Source of the DNA: Acholeplasmataceae bacterium UBA6181
GTDB lineage: Bacteria > Bacillota_I > Bacilli_A > Acholeplasmatales > Acholeplasmataceae
DNA: 53,249 nt
Reading direction: 5' to 3'
Assembly: GCA_002422135.1 (NCBI GenBank)
Contig: DITP01000092.1
Span: forward strand, 1 to 53,249
Within the stretch, counting starts at the first letter, position 1. Each line of letters begins with the position of its first letter. Positions 17,810 through 27,005 of this stretch are shown here, in pieces. The notes under the pieces are model-generated. The model had not been told where the DNA came from and did not search any database. It saw only the letters and a program-made list of their open reading frames with translations. The position numbers and the translations under genes were made by a program.

Positions 17810-18655
17810 TCACACTTCAATATGTTTTAAGTATAATTCAAATGTATTTTCTAAGAGCGCATTAATTGTCATAGGCCCTACACCACCTGGAACAGGTGAG
17901 AGATAACTTGCAACTTCTTTAACTTCATCGAAACAAACATCGCCTACAAGTTTTCCTTCTAATCGATTCACACCGACGTCAACAACAATCGCACCCTCTT
18001 TAACCATCTCTTTTTTTACAAGTAAAGGTGTACCAGCTGATGCAATAATGATGTCTGCTTGTTTTGTATGATATGCAAGATCTATTGTTTGTCTGTGACA
18101 AACTGTAATCGTTGCTCCACGATCCATAAGCAAACGAGCAACAGGGAATCCAACGATATTACTTCTGCCAATTATAACTGCATGTTTTGATGCAATTTGA
18201 ATATTGTAGTGTTCTAATAACGATATAATACCTTTCGGAGTTGCTGGATATATCGTTGGTTTTTTCTGATATAAATATCCCTGGTTAACAACATGAAAAC
18301 CATCAGCATCTTTATCTCTTGAAATCATGTCAATAAGCTTTGAATCATTGAGGTGTTTTGGAATTGGCAATTGCAATAAAATGCCATCGATGTCTTCATC
18401 TCGATTAAGCCTTTCAATGAGTAAAGCAACTTCATCTTCTGTCACTGTATCTTCTAGATGATGTAAAGTGTGCTTTATGCCAACAAGTTTGCATGCTTTT
18501 CCTTTACCGGTAACATATGAAATACTCGCTGGATTATCTCCAATCAAAATGATGGCAAGCTGAGGTTCACGATACGTTTTGGTATATGTTTCGATATTTT
18601 CTTTTAATGCTAAATTACGTTCTTTTGCAACATTTTTCCCATCTAATAGGATCAT
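17810..18655 (-). CDS. folD: Bifunctional methylenetetrahydrofolate dehydrogenase/cyclohydrolase FolD
   Basis: ILLDGK..A, SYV.GK.KAC, DGILLQLPIP, GRSNIVG.P, PVPGGVGPMT. The start is ATG 18655 or 18658, directly after an AGGAGG that overlaps the fhs stop. Confidence 0.92.
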   Translation of the reverse strand: MILLDGKNVAKERNLALKENIETYTKTYREPQLAIILIGDNPASISYVTGKGKACKLVGIKHTLHHLEDTVTEDEVALLIERLNRDEDIDGILLQLPIPKHLNDSKLIDMISRDKDADGFHVVNQGYLYQKKPTIYPATPKGIISLLEHYNIQIASKHAVIIGRSNIVGFPVARLLMDRGATITVCHRQTIDLAYHTKQADIIIASAGTPLLVKKEMVKEGAIVVDVGVNRLEGKLVGDVCFDEVKEVASYLSPVPGGVGPMTINALLENTFELYLKHIEV

Positions 18656-18665
18656 CATATCCTCC

Positions 18666-20252
18666 TTAATCGATGAGATTTCCCTCATCGTCCACGACCA
18701 TAGAAATTGCACGTGGTGTTTTATTTAAACCAGGCATTACCATGATACCTTTTGTTAGTGCAACTAGGAATCCTGCACCTAGTGAAGGTCTAATCTCTTG
18801 AATGGTTAATGTGAAGTCTGTGGGTAATCCTTTGATTTTAGGATCACCCGTTAAAGACAGTGGTGTTTTCGCCATGCAAACAGGTAAATTCCAACCAAGT
18901 GTTGCATAATGTTCTAGTTGTTCTCTCGCTTTTTTCGTGAAAATTACTTCATTCGCACCATATAAGTTCTTGGCAATTTTTTCAATTTTAACTTGTGGAA
19001 TATCATCTTTAGAATAGGCTGGCTTTATTGTAGATTTTTTGTTAGCAATTTCTACAACAATTTTTGCTAAATCAATCATACCTTTACCACCTTCGCTAAA
19101 CCCTTTAGCTAATGCGATTGGGTGGTTATTTTCTTTTGCCCAGTTCATTAAAATACTGAGTTCATCCTCTGTATCCGTATAAAAATGATTTAAAGCAACC
19201 ACATAGGGTAAACCAAATTCTTTTATGTTTTCAATATGTTTATTTAAATGTGGAATACCTAAACGAAGTGCTTCATGGTTTTCGAGAGAAAAGTCTTCAG
19301 CACCACCATGTGATTTCAGTGCACGTAGAGTTGCAACAATAACAATAGCATCCACATTTTTATTTAAATATGGCATTTTTAAATCTATAAATTTTTCCAT
19401 GCCCAAATCAGCACCAAATCCAGCCTCAGTCACTGCATAATCTCCTAGTTTTAAAGCTAATTTGGTTGCAACAATTGAGTTACATCCGTGTGCGATATTA
19501 GCAAATGGTCCGGCATGAACAAATGTTGGAACACCATCAATGGTTTGAACAAGGTTAGGGTTCATTGCATTTTTTAAGAGCAACGTCATGGCATCTGCAC
19601 CACCTAAATCGCTCACAAAAACTGGGTTATTTTCTTTTGTGTAACCCACAAGTATACGATTAATTCTTGCCTTTAAATCTTTAAGATCGCTGGATAATGC
19701 TAAAATTGCCATAATTTCACTTGCTGCTGTAATTACAAATCCATCTTTTCTAATCGGTGTATCGATATCTCTTAAACTGCGATCATTCATATCCATGCAC
19801 CGTTTCCATGTGACGGTTTCTATTCCAAGTTCATTCCCTTGGAATATATGATTATCAATCAGCGCAGATAATAAATTATTTGCAGCTGTTATGGCATGCA
19901 AATCTCCTGTAAAATGAAGATTTATATCATCAGATGGAGTCACACTAGCTTTCCCTCCACCTGTTGCTCCACCTTTGAGTCCAAAAACAGGTCCTAAACT
20001 TGGTTCTCTTAACGCTAATACCGGATGTTTACCTATTTCTTTTAAGCCTTGAGTTAATCCAATCGATACGGTGGTTTTCCCTTCACCAGCTGGTGTTGGA
20101 TTAATGGCAGTCACTAAAATAAGTTTTCCATTTGGTTTATTTTCTAATCTTTTTAATACAGATAAATCAACTTTCGCTTTGTCAAATCCATATGGAATAC
20201 ACTCTTCACCAATGACTCCCATTTTTTCGCATAATACTGTTATTTTTTCCAT
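18666..20252 (-). CDS. fhs: Formate-tetrahydrofolate ligase
   Basis: TPAGEGKTT, EPSLGP.FG.KGGA.GGG. At 528 aa it lacks about 15-25 N-terminal residues relative to typical enzymes. Confidence 0.95.
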   Translation of the reverse strand: MEKITVLCEKMGVIGEECIPYGFDKAKVDLSVLKRLENKPNGKLILVTAINPTPAGEGKTTVSIGLTQGLKEIGKHPVLALREPSLGPVFGLKGGATGGGKASVTPSDDINLHFTGDLHAITAANNLLSALIDNHIFQGNELGIETVTWKRCMDMNDRSLRDIDTPIRKDGFVITAASEIMAILALSSDLKDLKARINRILVGYTKENNPVFVSDLGGADAMTLLLKNAMNPNLVQTIDGVPTFVHAGPFANIAHGCNSIVATKLALKLGDYAVTEAGFGADLGMEKFIDLKMPYLNKNVDAIVIVATLRALKSHGGAEDFSLENHEALRLGIPHLNKHIENIKEFGLPYVVALNHFYTDTEDELSILMNWAKENNHPIALAKGFSEGGKGMIDLAKIVVEIANKKSTIKPAYSKDDIPQVKIEKIAKNLYGANEVIFTKKAREQLEHYATLGWNLPVCMAKTPLSLTGDPKIKGLPTDFTLTIQEIRPSLGAGFLVALTKGIMVMPGLNKTPRAISMVVDDEGNLID

Positions 20253-20267
20253 AAGTTCTCCTTTGCA

Positions 20268-20295
20268 ATAAAAAAGTACCTTGTACCAAGATACT
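20268..20295 (-). terminator. Terminator hairpin of the aminotransferase gene, directly upstream of the fhs SD
   Basis: Minus strand: AGTATCTTG-gta-CAAGGTACT (20295-20275) followed by TTTTTTATT. The fhs ATG is 16 nt beyond. Confidence 0.6.
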
Positions 20296-20298
20296 TTT

Positions 20299-20307
20299 AT
20301 TATACCA
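20299..20307 (-). promoter_or_regulatory. Extended -10 promoter (TGGTATAAT) embedded at the 5' edge of the terminator hairpin; candidate fhs promoter
   Basis: The reverse complement of 20299-20307 is TGGTATAAT. The predicted start site falls inside the 5' arm of the hairpin. Confidence 0.45.
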
Positions 20308-20336
20308 TATGAGTTGCTTTGATGAAAGCGCTTCTA

Positions 20337-21518
20337 CTATAGATTAAGAATCGACTTAATCTTTTGAGGCAGACCTTGAATTTCGTTCAATGAAAGACTA
20401 CATAAAGCTAAACGAATACCACCATTCATTGGAACAGCGTAAATATGATGGTCCTGCAGTTTAAGATAGTCTTGATCTGGGTCTTTTGTAAGTATCACAG
20501 TATAAAAACCGCTTCTAAACGGATACGTTACTAGACCAATTTCCTTCGCTTGTTCGTTAAAAGATTTAGATCTTGCTTGTACAATTCCATTCAAACGTTC
20601 TAAATCTTTTAAAAATACTTTTTTGTTTTCAGGTATTGCAAAGTGATTGAAAAGTTCAATGGATATTGTTGGAGTAGCAGACCAAGAACCTCTAGCTTCG
20701 TTCACAAATTTTTTATGGATATCAGTTACTTTTTCTTTATCCTTGGATAATATAATTGCCGCACCCATTCTTAAACCGTAAACACCAAATGTTTTTGATC
20801 CACTAAAAGTGATAATCGTTGTTACATGTGATGCTAGTTTAGGTAAATAACTCATTTTTAAACGGTTATCTTCTTCATGCGTAAATTCTAAATATGCGAC
20901 ATCATATAAGAATACAATTTCATTGTCCTTCTTCTGATTCATAATATCTATAATTTGATCAAATTCGTTCAAACTTAGTGTGTAACCGGTTGGATTGTGA
21001 CATGGATCATTAATGATAACAATCACGCGATGTTGAATCGCACAAAGTGCATCTAATCTTTCTTTAAAACTTTGGATATTAAAAGAATCTCCATTAAAAA
21101 GTTTATGTTCAAAAATATTTAATTTTGCACGATCAGCAAATCGTTCATATTGCCATCTGACATCAGAAACAAAAATGTATTCTTTTGGTTTTGTCATCAC
21201 TGAAAATGTTGATGCGATTGCTCCGCTGCCGCCTGGAGTTGCACATGCATCGACAAACATGCTTTTTTTGATGTCACTCTCATATTTACCGAGAACCCAG
21301 GATATTAATTCCTTTTTAAAATTGGGTCCACCATCAACTGATGGGTATGGAAGCACTTGGTCATCAACTAATGATCTGATAGCTTTGGAAACCGAAGGCA
21401 TCCCACCAATCGACTTATCTTCATCAAAGAACATACCTATGGATGCATCGATAACATCATCATAAATCTTTTTTGCGTCTCGTGCATCCTTTGAAATTTT
21501 TAAAATATCTACCGCCAT
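20337..21518 (-). CDS. Class I (AspC/TyrB-like) PLP-dependent aminotransferase
   Basis: 393 aa. NPCHNPTG and PLP-lysine context SGSKTFGVYGLRMG (compare SFSKNFGLYNERVG). Confidence 0.85.
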   Translation of the reverse strand: MAVDILKISKDARDAKKIYDDVIDASIGMFFDEDKSIGGMPSVSKAIRSLVDDQVLPYPSVDGGPNFKKELISWVLGKYESDIKKSMFVDACATPGGSGAIASTFSVMTKPKEYIFVSDVRWQYERFADRAKLNIFEHKLFNGDSFNIQSFKERLDALCAIQHRVIVIINDPCHNPTGYTLSLNEFDQIIDIMNQKKDNEIVFLYDVAYLEFTHEEDNRLKMSYLPKLASHVTTIITFSGSKTFGVYGLRMGAAIILSKDKEKVTDIHKKFVNEARGSWSATPTISIELFNHFAIPENKKVFLKDLERLNGIVQARSKSFNEQAKEIGLVTYPFRSGFYTVILTKDPDQDYLKLQDHHIYAVPMNGGIRLALCSLSLNEIQGLPQKIKSILNL

Positions 21519-21530
21519 ATCGTTTCACCT

Positions 21531-24500
21531 CTATAACTTATTATAAATCAAATCATCCAAAAATTGGTCAAACAAATAGAGCCAATGCTCTTTCTTGCCT
21601 TTCGTCACTAATATGATGTGAATATGACCCTTGATATATGCAAGTCGTATTTGTGTATGGAACGCATTTGCTTTTTCAAATAAACGTGCACCATTTGCTT
21701 TTTGAGAGGCTTCAAGTGATAAAACAAGTGTTGTTAAATCTTTATCCACTATCGTTTTTTGAACTCCAATTTGAGAAGCGTATTTTTTAAATAGACGTTC
21801 GTACATGTAAAGCAACAACTCAGCATCAAGAGGTCCAAATCGATCGATAAGTTCTTTTTTAAAATCGTCAACATCGCTTAAACGATTTAAGCCACTAATA
21901 CGTTTATGAATTTCAATTCTTACACTATCCAAACTTACATAATTCGGATCAACGTGTCTTGGAGCAAATACGTCATCGATTTGGGTCTCTTTTGGTCTAT
22001 CTAAAGATATCCCGGTAACAGCTTCTTCAAGCAGTTTCATGTATAATTCCATACCAACAGAATCAATGAATCCCGATTGCTCAGAGCCCAGAACATCTCC
22101 GGCGCCTCGAATCGATAAATCACGCATTGCAATTTTAAATCCACTACCTAAAGCTGTAAAATCTTGGATTGCACTTAATCTTTTTTTTGCTTCATCATTA
22201 ATATTTCGATATGCGTCAAATAAAAGATATGCGTAAGCAATTCGATCACTTCTTCCGACTCTACCTCTAATTTGGTAAAGTTGTGACAACCCTAGTTTAT
22301 CAGCGTCATGAATAACCAATGTATTTGTATTAGGAATATCAACACCTGTCTCAATAATCGTTGTTGCAACTAAAACATCATAACGATGATCAATGAAATC
22401 ACTCAAGACTTGTTCGAGTTGATCTCGTCCCATTTTTCCATGAGCAAAACAAACTCTTGCTTCTGGAACAAGTTTTTCCAACTTGTGAACCATACCTTCA
22501 ATGCCTTGAACACGATTAAATAAGTAAAAAACTTGTCCTCCACGAGCTAATTCGCGATTTATTGCTTCTTTAATTAATGGTTCGTGTCTTTCAACAACAT
22601 ATGTTTGAACAGGATACCGGTTCAATGGTGGAGTTTCAATCATTGATAAATCTTTTAAGCCCATCATCGACATCTGCAAAGTTCTTGGAATTGGAGTTGC
22701 TGACAATGTTAAGGTATCAACATTTACTTTGATTTCTCTAATTTTTTCTTTATGTTCAACGCCAAATCGTTGTTCCTCATCAATTATTAATAATCCTAAG
22801 TCCTTAAACTTAACATCTTCAGATAAGAGTCGATGCGTACCGATGACAACATCAATAAATCCTTTTTTTAATTTGTCAACCGTTTCTTTCATTTTTTTTG
22901 GTGTAACAAATCGACTCATCAAAGCTACATTTGCTCCATATTTTTCAAATCGTTCTTTAAATGTGTAAAAGTGTTGCCGTGCAAGTACGGTTGTTGGCAC
23001 TAAATATAAAACTTGCTTTTGATTTAACACTGCTTTAAATGCTGCGCGAAGAGCAACTTCAGTTTTCCCAAATCCAACATCACCACAAATCAATCGATCC
23101 ATCGGTTTTTCGAGTTCCATATCGTGTTTTGTATCCAAAATGGCTTTCTGTTGGTCTTTTGTTGTTTCATATATAAAATCTCTTTCGAAAGCCATTTGCA
23201 TTTCATTATCTTGATTGTATTTAAATCCGATTGCTTGTTGTCTAGACGCATAGAGTTGAATTAATCGATCGCTTAAATCTTTGATTCTCATTCGAACACT
23301 TGCTTTTGTCTTTGTCCATTGCTTACCACCTAATTTTGATAATTTAGGGTGCATTCCATCATGGCTGCTATATTTTAAAACCATATCAATTTGATCCATC
23401 GGAACATATAAAGCTTCTTGATTCGCGTAGATAATATGTAGATAATCTCTTTTCTCTAAAGAAAGTTCCATCGTTTTGAGCCCCACGTACTGACCAATAC
23501 CATAATCATAGTGAACAACAAAGTCACCAACATTTAGATCTTCGACTCTTCTAATTTTTTGTGATTGATTTAATACACTTCGATAACGAATGGCTGGTCT
23601 CATTCGTGATTGGAAAATTTGTGATTCATCAAGTATAATTAGTTGATCATTTGATGACCAAAAAGAACCATATGTTGGTTTATCGATAACATAGATTCCA
23701 GAGTGGTTATCAATAGAGTCATCATAAATTACATGATTTTGCTTCAAATAAGATGTGATTTCTTCAAAAAATGTTTTATTGTGAGCTGAAATCATGATTT
23801 TATAAGTGTTCATTATGTCTTTCAAATCTAAAAGTAGCAACTTCAAATTACCGCGGTATTGATTAGGTTCTGTCACGCCCAAATTTACGGTATTATTATG
23901 TTGTATAAAATTATTATTTTCAATTTCAATATGTTTGTTTTTTAATTGTTCTTGAAGTTCAACACGAAATGGAATACCTAAAAAACTTCGCCCATTCATA
24001 GAAATTGCATAAGTATCTAAATCATGATCAATAGATTCTTCATTCACAAACATTTTAGATGGTTCAATGACATACAATTGGAAATCATGAGAAAAATCAA
24101 TGAGAGTTGAAACCTGATCATTGAAAAATGGAATATATAAATTAAGTCCATCAAGTTTTGTACGCATCTCTAAGGATTCTAAATCACGATTTAACTTTTC
24201 TCTTTCACGTTCAGATAGTGTTTTATTTTCAAAGAATTTATGAATTTTCTTGATCGCATCACTTTTCATTTTGTCTGTATAAAATAATTCATGCATCGGC
24301 GCTATTTCGATTTGTTCCAAAACACTAAAAGATCGTTGTGTCTCAACATCAAAAACTTTGATTTGTTCTAATAAATCACCAAAAAAATCTAAACGATACG
24401 GATGTTCAAAGTTTAATGTGAAAATATCAACAATATTTCCTCTTACGCTAAACTCTCCTGGTTTTTCTACCGTATATGTTCTTGAATATCCACTATAAAC

Positions 24501-24953
24501 CAAATATTGTATTAATGATTCAAGTTGGTAACTTTCACCAGATTTTACCCATTTAACACTTTGAATATAATCTTTAGGTGTTAATTGCCGTTGGCAAAAT
24601 CCTTGAAGTGTTGTAACAACAATATAGGGGTTTCCTGTGAGTAGTTGTTTTAACGTATATAGTCTTTCGGATTTAAATTCTGGACTTCCTAAAGCCATCA
24701 TGGAAGTTAATGTTTGATCCGCAGGGTAAAAAAGAACATCATCACGTTCTATGATTTGACTTAAACGATCATAATATTTTTGTGCCTCATATAAATTAGG
24801 AGTTACCACAAAAACCGTTTTTTTATTTTTTTTAAAATCCAATGAGACCATATAAGCATTATATGTTTCTGTGGATCCGTTATAATAAACAGTTTTATTT
24901 GAGGGTTTGATTAACTCATTCAATTTTGTGTATGTTTCGATAACACCAATCAT
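21531..24953 (-). CDS. mfd: Transcription-repair coupling factor Mfd
   Basis: 1140 aa. CarD-like region, helicase motifs GDVGFGKTEVA, DEEQRFGV, TATPIPRT, and the TRG motif. Confidence 0.96.
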   Translation of the reverse strand: MIGVIETYTKLNELIKPSNKTVYYNGSTETYNAYMVSLDFKKNKKTVFVVTPNLYEAQKYYDRLSQIIERDDVLFYPADQTLTSMMALGSPEFKSERLYTLKQLLTGNPYIVVTTLQGFCQRQLTPKDYIQSVKWVKSGESYQLESLIQYLVYSGYSRTYTVEKPGEFSVRGNIVDIFTLNFEHPYRLDFFGDLLEQIKVFDVETQRSFSVLEQIEIAPMHELFYTDKMKSDAIKKIHKFFENKTLSEREREKLNRDLESLEMRTKLDGLNLYIPFFNDQVSTLIDFSHDFQLYVIEPSKMFVNEESIDHDLDTYAISMNGRSFLGIPFRVELQEQLKNKHIEIENNNFIQHNNTVNLGVTEPNQYRGNLKLLLLDLKDIMNTYKIMISAHNKTFFEEITSYLKQNHVIYDDSIDNHSGIYVIDKPTYGSFWSSNDQLIILDESQIFQSRMRPAIRYRSVLNQSQKIRRVEDLNVGDFVVHYDYGIGQYVGLKTMELSLEKRDYLHIIYANQEALYVPMDQIDMVLKYSSHDGMHPKLSKLGGKQWTKTKASVRMRIKDLSDRLIQLYASRQQAIGFKYNQDNEMQMAFERDFIYETTKDQQKAILDTKHDMELEKPMDRLICGDVGFGKTEVALRAAFKAVLNQKQVLYLVPTTVLARQHFYTFKERFEKYGANVALMSRFVTPKKMKETVDKLKKGFIDVVIGTHRLLSEDVKFKDLGLLIIDEEQRFGVEHKEKIREIKVNVDTLTLSATPIPRTLQMSMMGLKDLSMIETPPLNRYPVQTYVVERHEPLIKEAINRELARGGQVFYLFNRVQGIEGMVHKLEKLVPEARVCFAHGKMGRDQLEQVLSDFIDHRYDVLVATTIIETGVDIPNTNTLVIHDADKLGLSQLYQIRGRVGRSDRIAYAYLLFDAYRNINDEAKKRLSAIQDFTALGSGFKIAMRDLSIRGAGDVLGSEQSGFIDSVGMELYMKLLEEAVTGISLDRPKETQIDDVFAPRHVDPNYVSLDSVRIEIHKRISGLNRLSDVDDFKKELIDRFGPLDAELLLYMYERLFKKYASQIGVQKTIVDKDLTTLVLSLEASQKANGARLFEKANAFHTQIRLAYIKGHIHIILVTKGKKEHWLYLFDQFLDDLIYNKL

Positions 24954-24975
24954 GAAATGCTCCTAGATAAGTAAA

Positions 24976-24995
24976 ACCCAAACTTATGTTTGGGT
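24976..24995 (-). terminator. Short hairpin spanning the pth stop, immediately before the mfd SD (attenuator-like)
   Basis: Minus strand: ACCCAAAC-ataa-GTTTGGGT followed by TTTAC, then AGGAG and the mfd ATG. Confidence 0.35.
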
Positions 24996-25553
24996 GTTAT
25001 ATTTTGTCATAATATCTTTATATGGTAAATTTTCAATAAAATCTTCAATAATATTCGTGGATATATCAATCGCTCGATTTAATAACGCTAATTCATCTTC
25101 GCTAAATTGACCTAAAACATAACTATCAAGAGGCATCGATGGGTTATTGTCTATACCAATTCTTACGCGTTTAAAGTCTTCGGTTTTTAATAAACCAATG
25201 ATATTTTTTAACCCATTATGACCACCATGACCGCCCGTTTCTCTCAGTCTTAATTTGCCAGAAGATAAATTAATATCATCAACAAATACCAAAATATCAT
25301 CAACATCAATGTTGTAATAATTTACAAACTTTAAAACGGCTTCTCCTGATAAGTTCATATATGTTGAAGGCTTAATAACATATATTTTTTCACTCCGCAA
25401 GGTTATTTGTGCGACTTCAGCGTTAAATTTTGTATCATATTTCATTGATACTTGATGCTTTTTTAAATAATCATCAATTACCATAAACCCAATGTTATGT
25501 CGTGTTTTTTGATACTTACTGCCTGGGTTCCCTAATCCAATTATGAGTTTCAT
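24984..25553 (-). CDS. pth: Peptidyl-tRNA hydrolase
   Basis: LIIGLGNPG..Y..TRHNIGF, GGHNGLK. Confidence 0.95.
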   Translation of the reverse strand: MKLIIGLGNPGSKYQKTRHNIGFMVIDDYLKKHQVSMKYDTKFNAEVAQITLRSEKIYVIKPSTYMNLSGEAVLKFVNYYNIDVDDILVFVDDINLSSGKLRLRETGGHGGHNGLKNIIGLLKTEDFKRVRIGIDNNPSMPLDSYVLGQFSEDELALLNRAIDISTNIIEDFIENLPYKDIMTKYNTQT

Positions 25554-26533
25554 TGATGGCTCGATTCACTATGTGATATTTGATCAAATATTTGACTGAT
25601 TGGTTCGTCTTTAACAATATGAAGAATAGATTGTCCTAAGAGTGGCCCAATCGAAAGTTGCTTAATTTTTGTATGATGAGGTTGATGGTCAATTTTAATT
25701 GTATTTGTTACAACTACTTCTTCGAATACAGATTCTTGAAGACGATCTAATGCATCATTAGAAAAAACCGCATGAGTTGCTGCTGCATAAACTTTTGTAG
25801 CACCAGCTTCAAGTAAAGCTTCAGCCCCTGCAACAAGTGTACCACCAGTGTCAATGATATCATCAACCATGATGGCGATTTTACCTTTAACTTCCCCTAC
25901 AATATTTTGCACAATTGCCCTATTTGGTTCAGGGCGTCTTTTATCTATAATAGCGAGTGGTGCATCAAAAAATCTAGCAAAAATACGCGCTCTTGTCACA
26001 CCGCCATGATCTGGTGACACGACGACGACATTTTCAAGTTTCTTTGAATAACAGAAGTAATCAGCAAGGAGTGGAGCTGCTGGAAAATTATCAATTGGAA
26101 TGTTGAAAAAACCTTGTATCTGTGCTGCATGTAAATCAATTGAAATCACACGGTCAATACCTGCAACTTGTAGCAGATCCGCAACTAGCTTTGCTGTAAT
26201 TGGTTGACGTGATTTTGATTTTCGGTCTTGTCTTGAATAACCATAATATGGCATGATCACCGTTAACGTCTTTGCAGAAGCACGCTTAACAGCATCTGCT
26301 AATATCAGTAATTCCATTAAATGTTCATTTGCTGGTCTAGAAGTTGATTGCACAACAAAAACATCATGTCCACGAACACTCTCTTCGATATTTACAGAAA
26401 TCTCACCATCTGCGAATCGAACAACATCAGCATTACTAAGTTCAATTCCAGAAGCTTTAGATATTTCCTCAGCTAGGGCTCGATTTGAACTTAATGAAAA
26501 AAGTTTAACCTTTTTTCCATCGATTACAGCCAT
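25550..26533 (-). CDS. prs: Ribose-phosphate pyrophosphokinase
   Basis: YYGYSRQDRK, DLHA.QIQGFF, PRPP loop VDDIIDTGGT. Confidence 0.95.
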   Translation of the reverse strand: MAVIDGKKVKLFSLSSNRALAEEISKASGIELSNADVVRFADGEISVNIEESVRGHDVFVVQSTSRPANEHLMELLILADAVKRASAKTLTVIMPYYGYSRQDRKSKSRQPITAKLVADLLQVAGIDRVISIDLHAAQIQGFFNIPIDNFPAAPLLADYFCYSKKLENVVVVSPDHGGVTRARIFARFFDAPLAIIDKRRPEPNRAIVQNIVGEVKGKIAIMVDDIIDTGGTLVAGAEALLEAGATKVYAAATHAVFSNDALDRLQESVFEEVVVTNTIKIDHQPHHTKIKQLSIGPLLGQSILHIVKDEPISQIFDQISHSESSHQ

Positions 26534-26604
26534 TTTCTCACTCCTTTAATCTCTATATCCATTATACCCAAAAAGGGGTCAAATTGTTTATGCATCATCA
26601 AAAA

Positions 26605-26635
26605 AAAATCTTTTTGCTGGCGCAAAAAAGATTTT
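26605..26635 (-). terminator. Intrinsic terminator after spoVG
   Basis: Long AT-rich stem AAATCTTTTTTGCG-cca-GCAAAAAGATTT (one bulge) followed by a T-run on the minus strand. Confidence 0.6.
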
Positions 26636-26657
26636 AATGTTTGCAGCGTCTAATCAA

Positions 26658-26939
26658 TTACTCTTCAGTATCTTCTACTGGATTAGCCAATGCTTCTTGA
26701 TAGGCAACTACGATTGCATCTTCAATCGCCTTACGCATTTCTCCGTGAATTGGATGGGCGATATCTCTAAAGGTTCCATTTGGTGTTTTTTTGCTTGGCA
26801 TTGCTACAAAAATTCCATTTTCGCCTTCAATGATTCGAATATCGTGTACAACAAAACTTTCATCAAAGGTTATGGTTGCTACACCTCTTAATCGACTTTC
26901 ACTACTAACCAATTTCACTCTTACATCGGTAATTTTCAT
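26658..26939 (-). CDS. spoVG: Septation/regulatory protein SpoVG
   Basis: MKITDVRV.L....RL.GVATITFD..FVVHDIRIIEG.NG.FVAMPS. Confidence 0.92.
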   Translation of the reverse strand: MKITDVRVKLVSSESRLRGVATITFDESFVVHDIRIIEGENGIFVAMPSKKTPNGTFRDIAHPIHGEMRKAIEDAIVVAYQEALANPVEDTEE

Positions 26940-26970
26940 TTTGCCCTCCGTGACGACCTTCTTTGGCTAA

Positions 26971-26999
26971 ATTATAACATATAGATACAAAAATGTTAA
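26971..26999 (-). promoter_or_regulatory. Sigma-A promoter of spoVG
   Basis: Minus strand: TTAACA, 17 nt, TATAAT with extended TGt. The SD GGAGGG is downstream. Confidence 0.5.
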
Positions 27000-27005
27000 A
27001 TTTTT

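Noticed and set aside
18666-20252. Fhs looks N-terminally short (528 aa): possible truncation or pseudogene
   Set aside because: The reading frame is intact, a good SD precedes the ATG, and all catalytic motifs are present. The missing residues correspond to a variable N-terminal helix.
20253-20336. Possible THF or other riboswitch upstream of fhs-folD
   Set aside because: The spacer is only 84 nt and is fully accounted for by a -10 element, one simple hairpin and the SD. That is too short for a THF aptamer.
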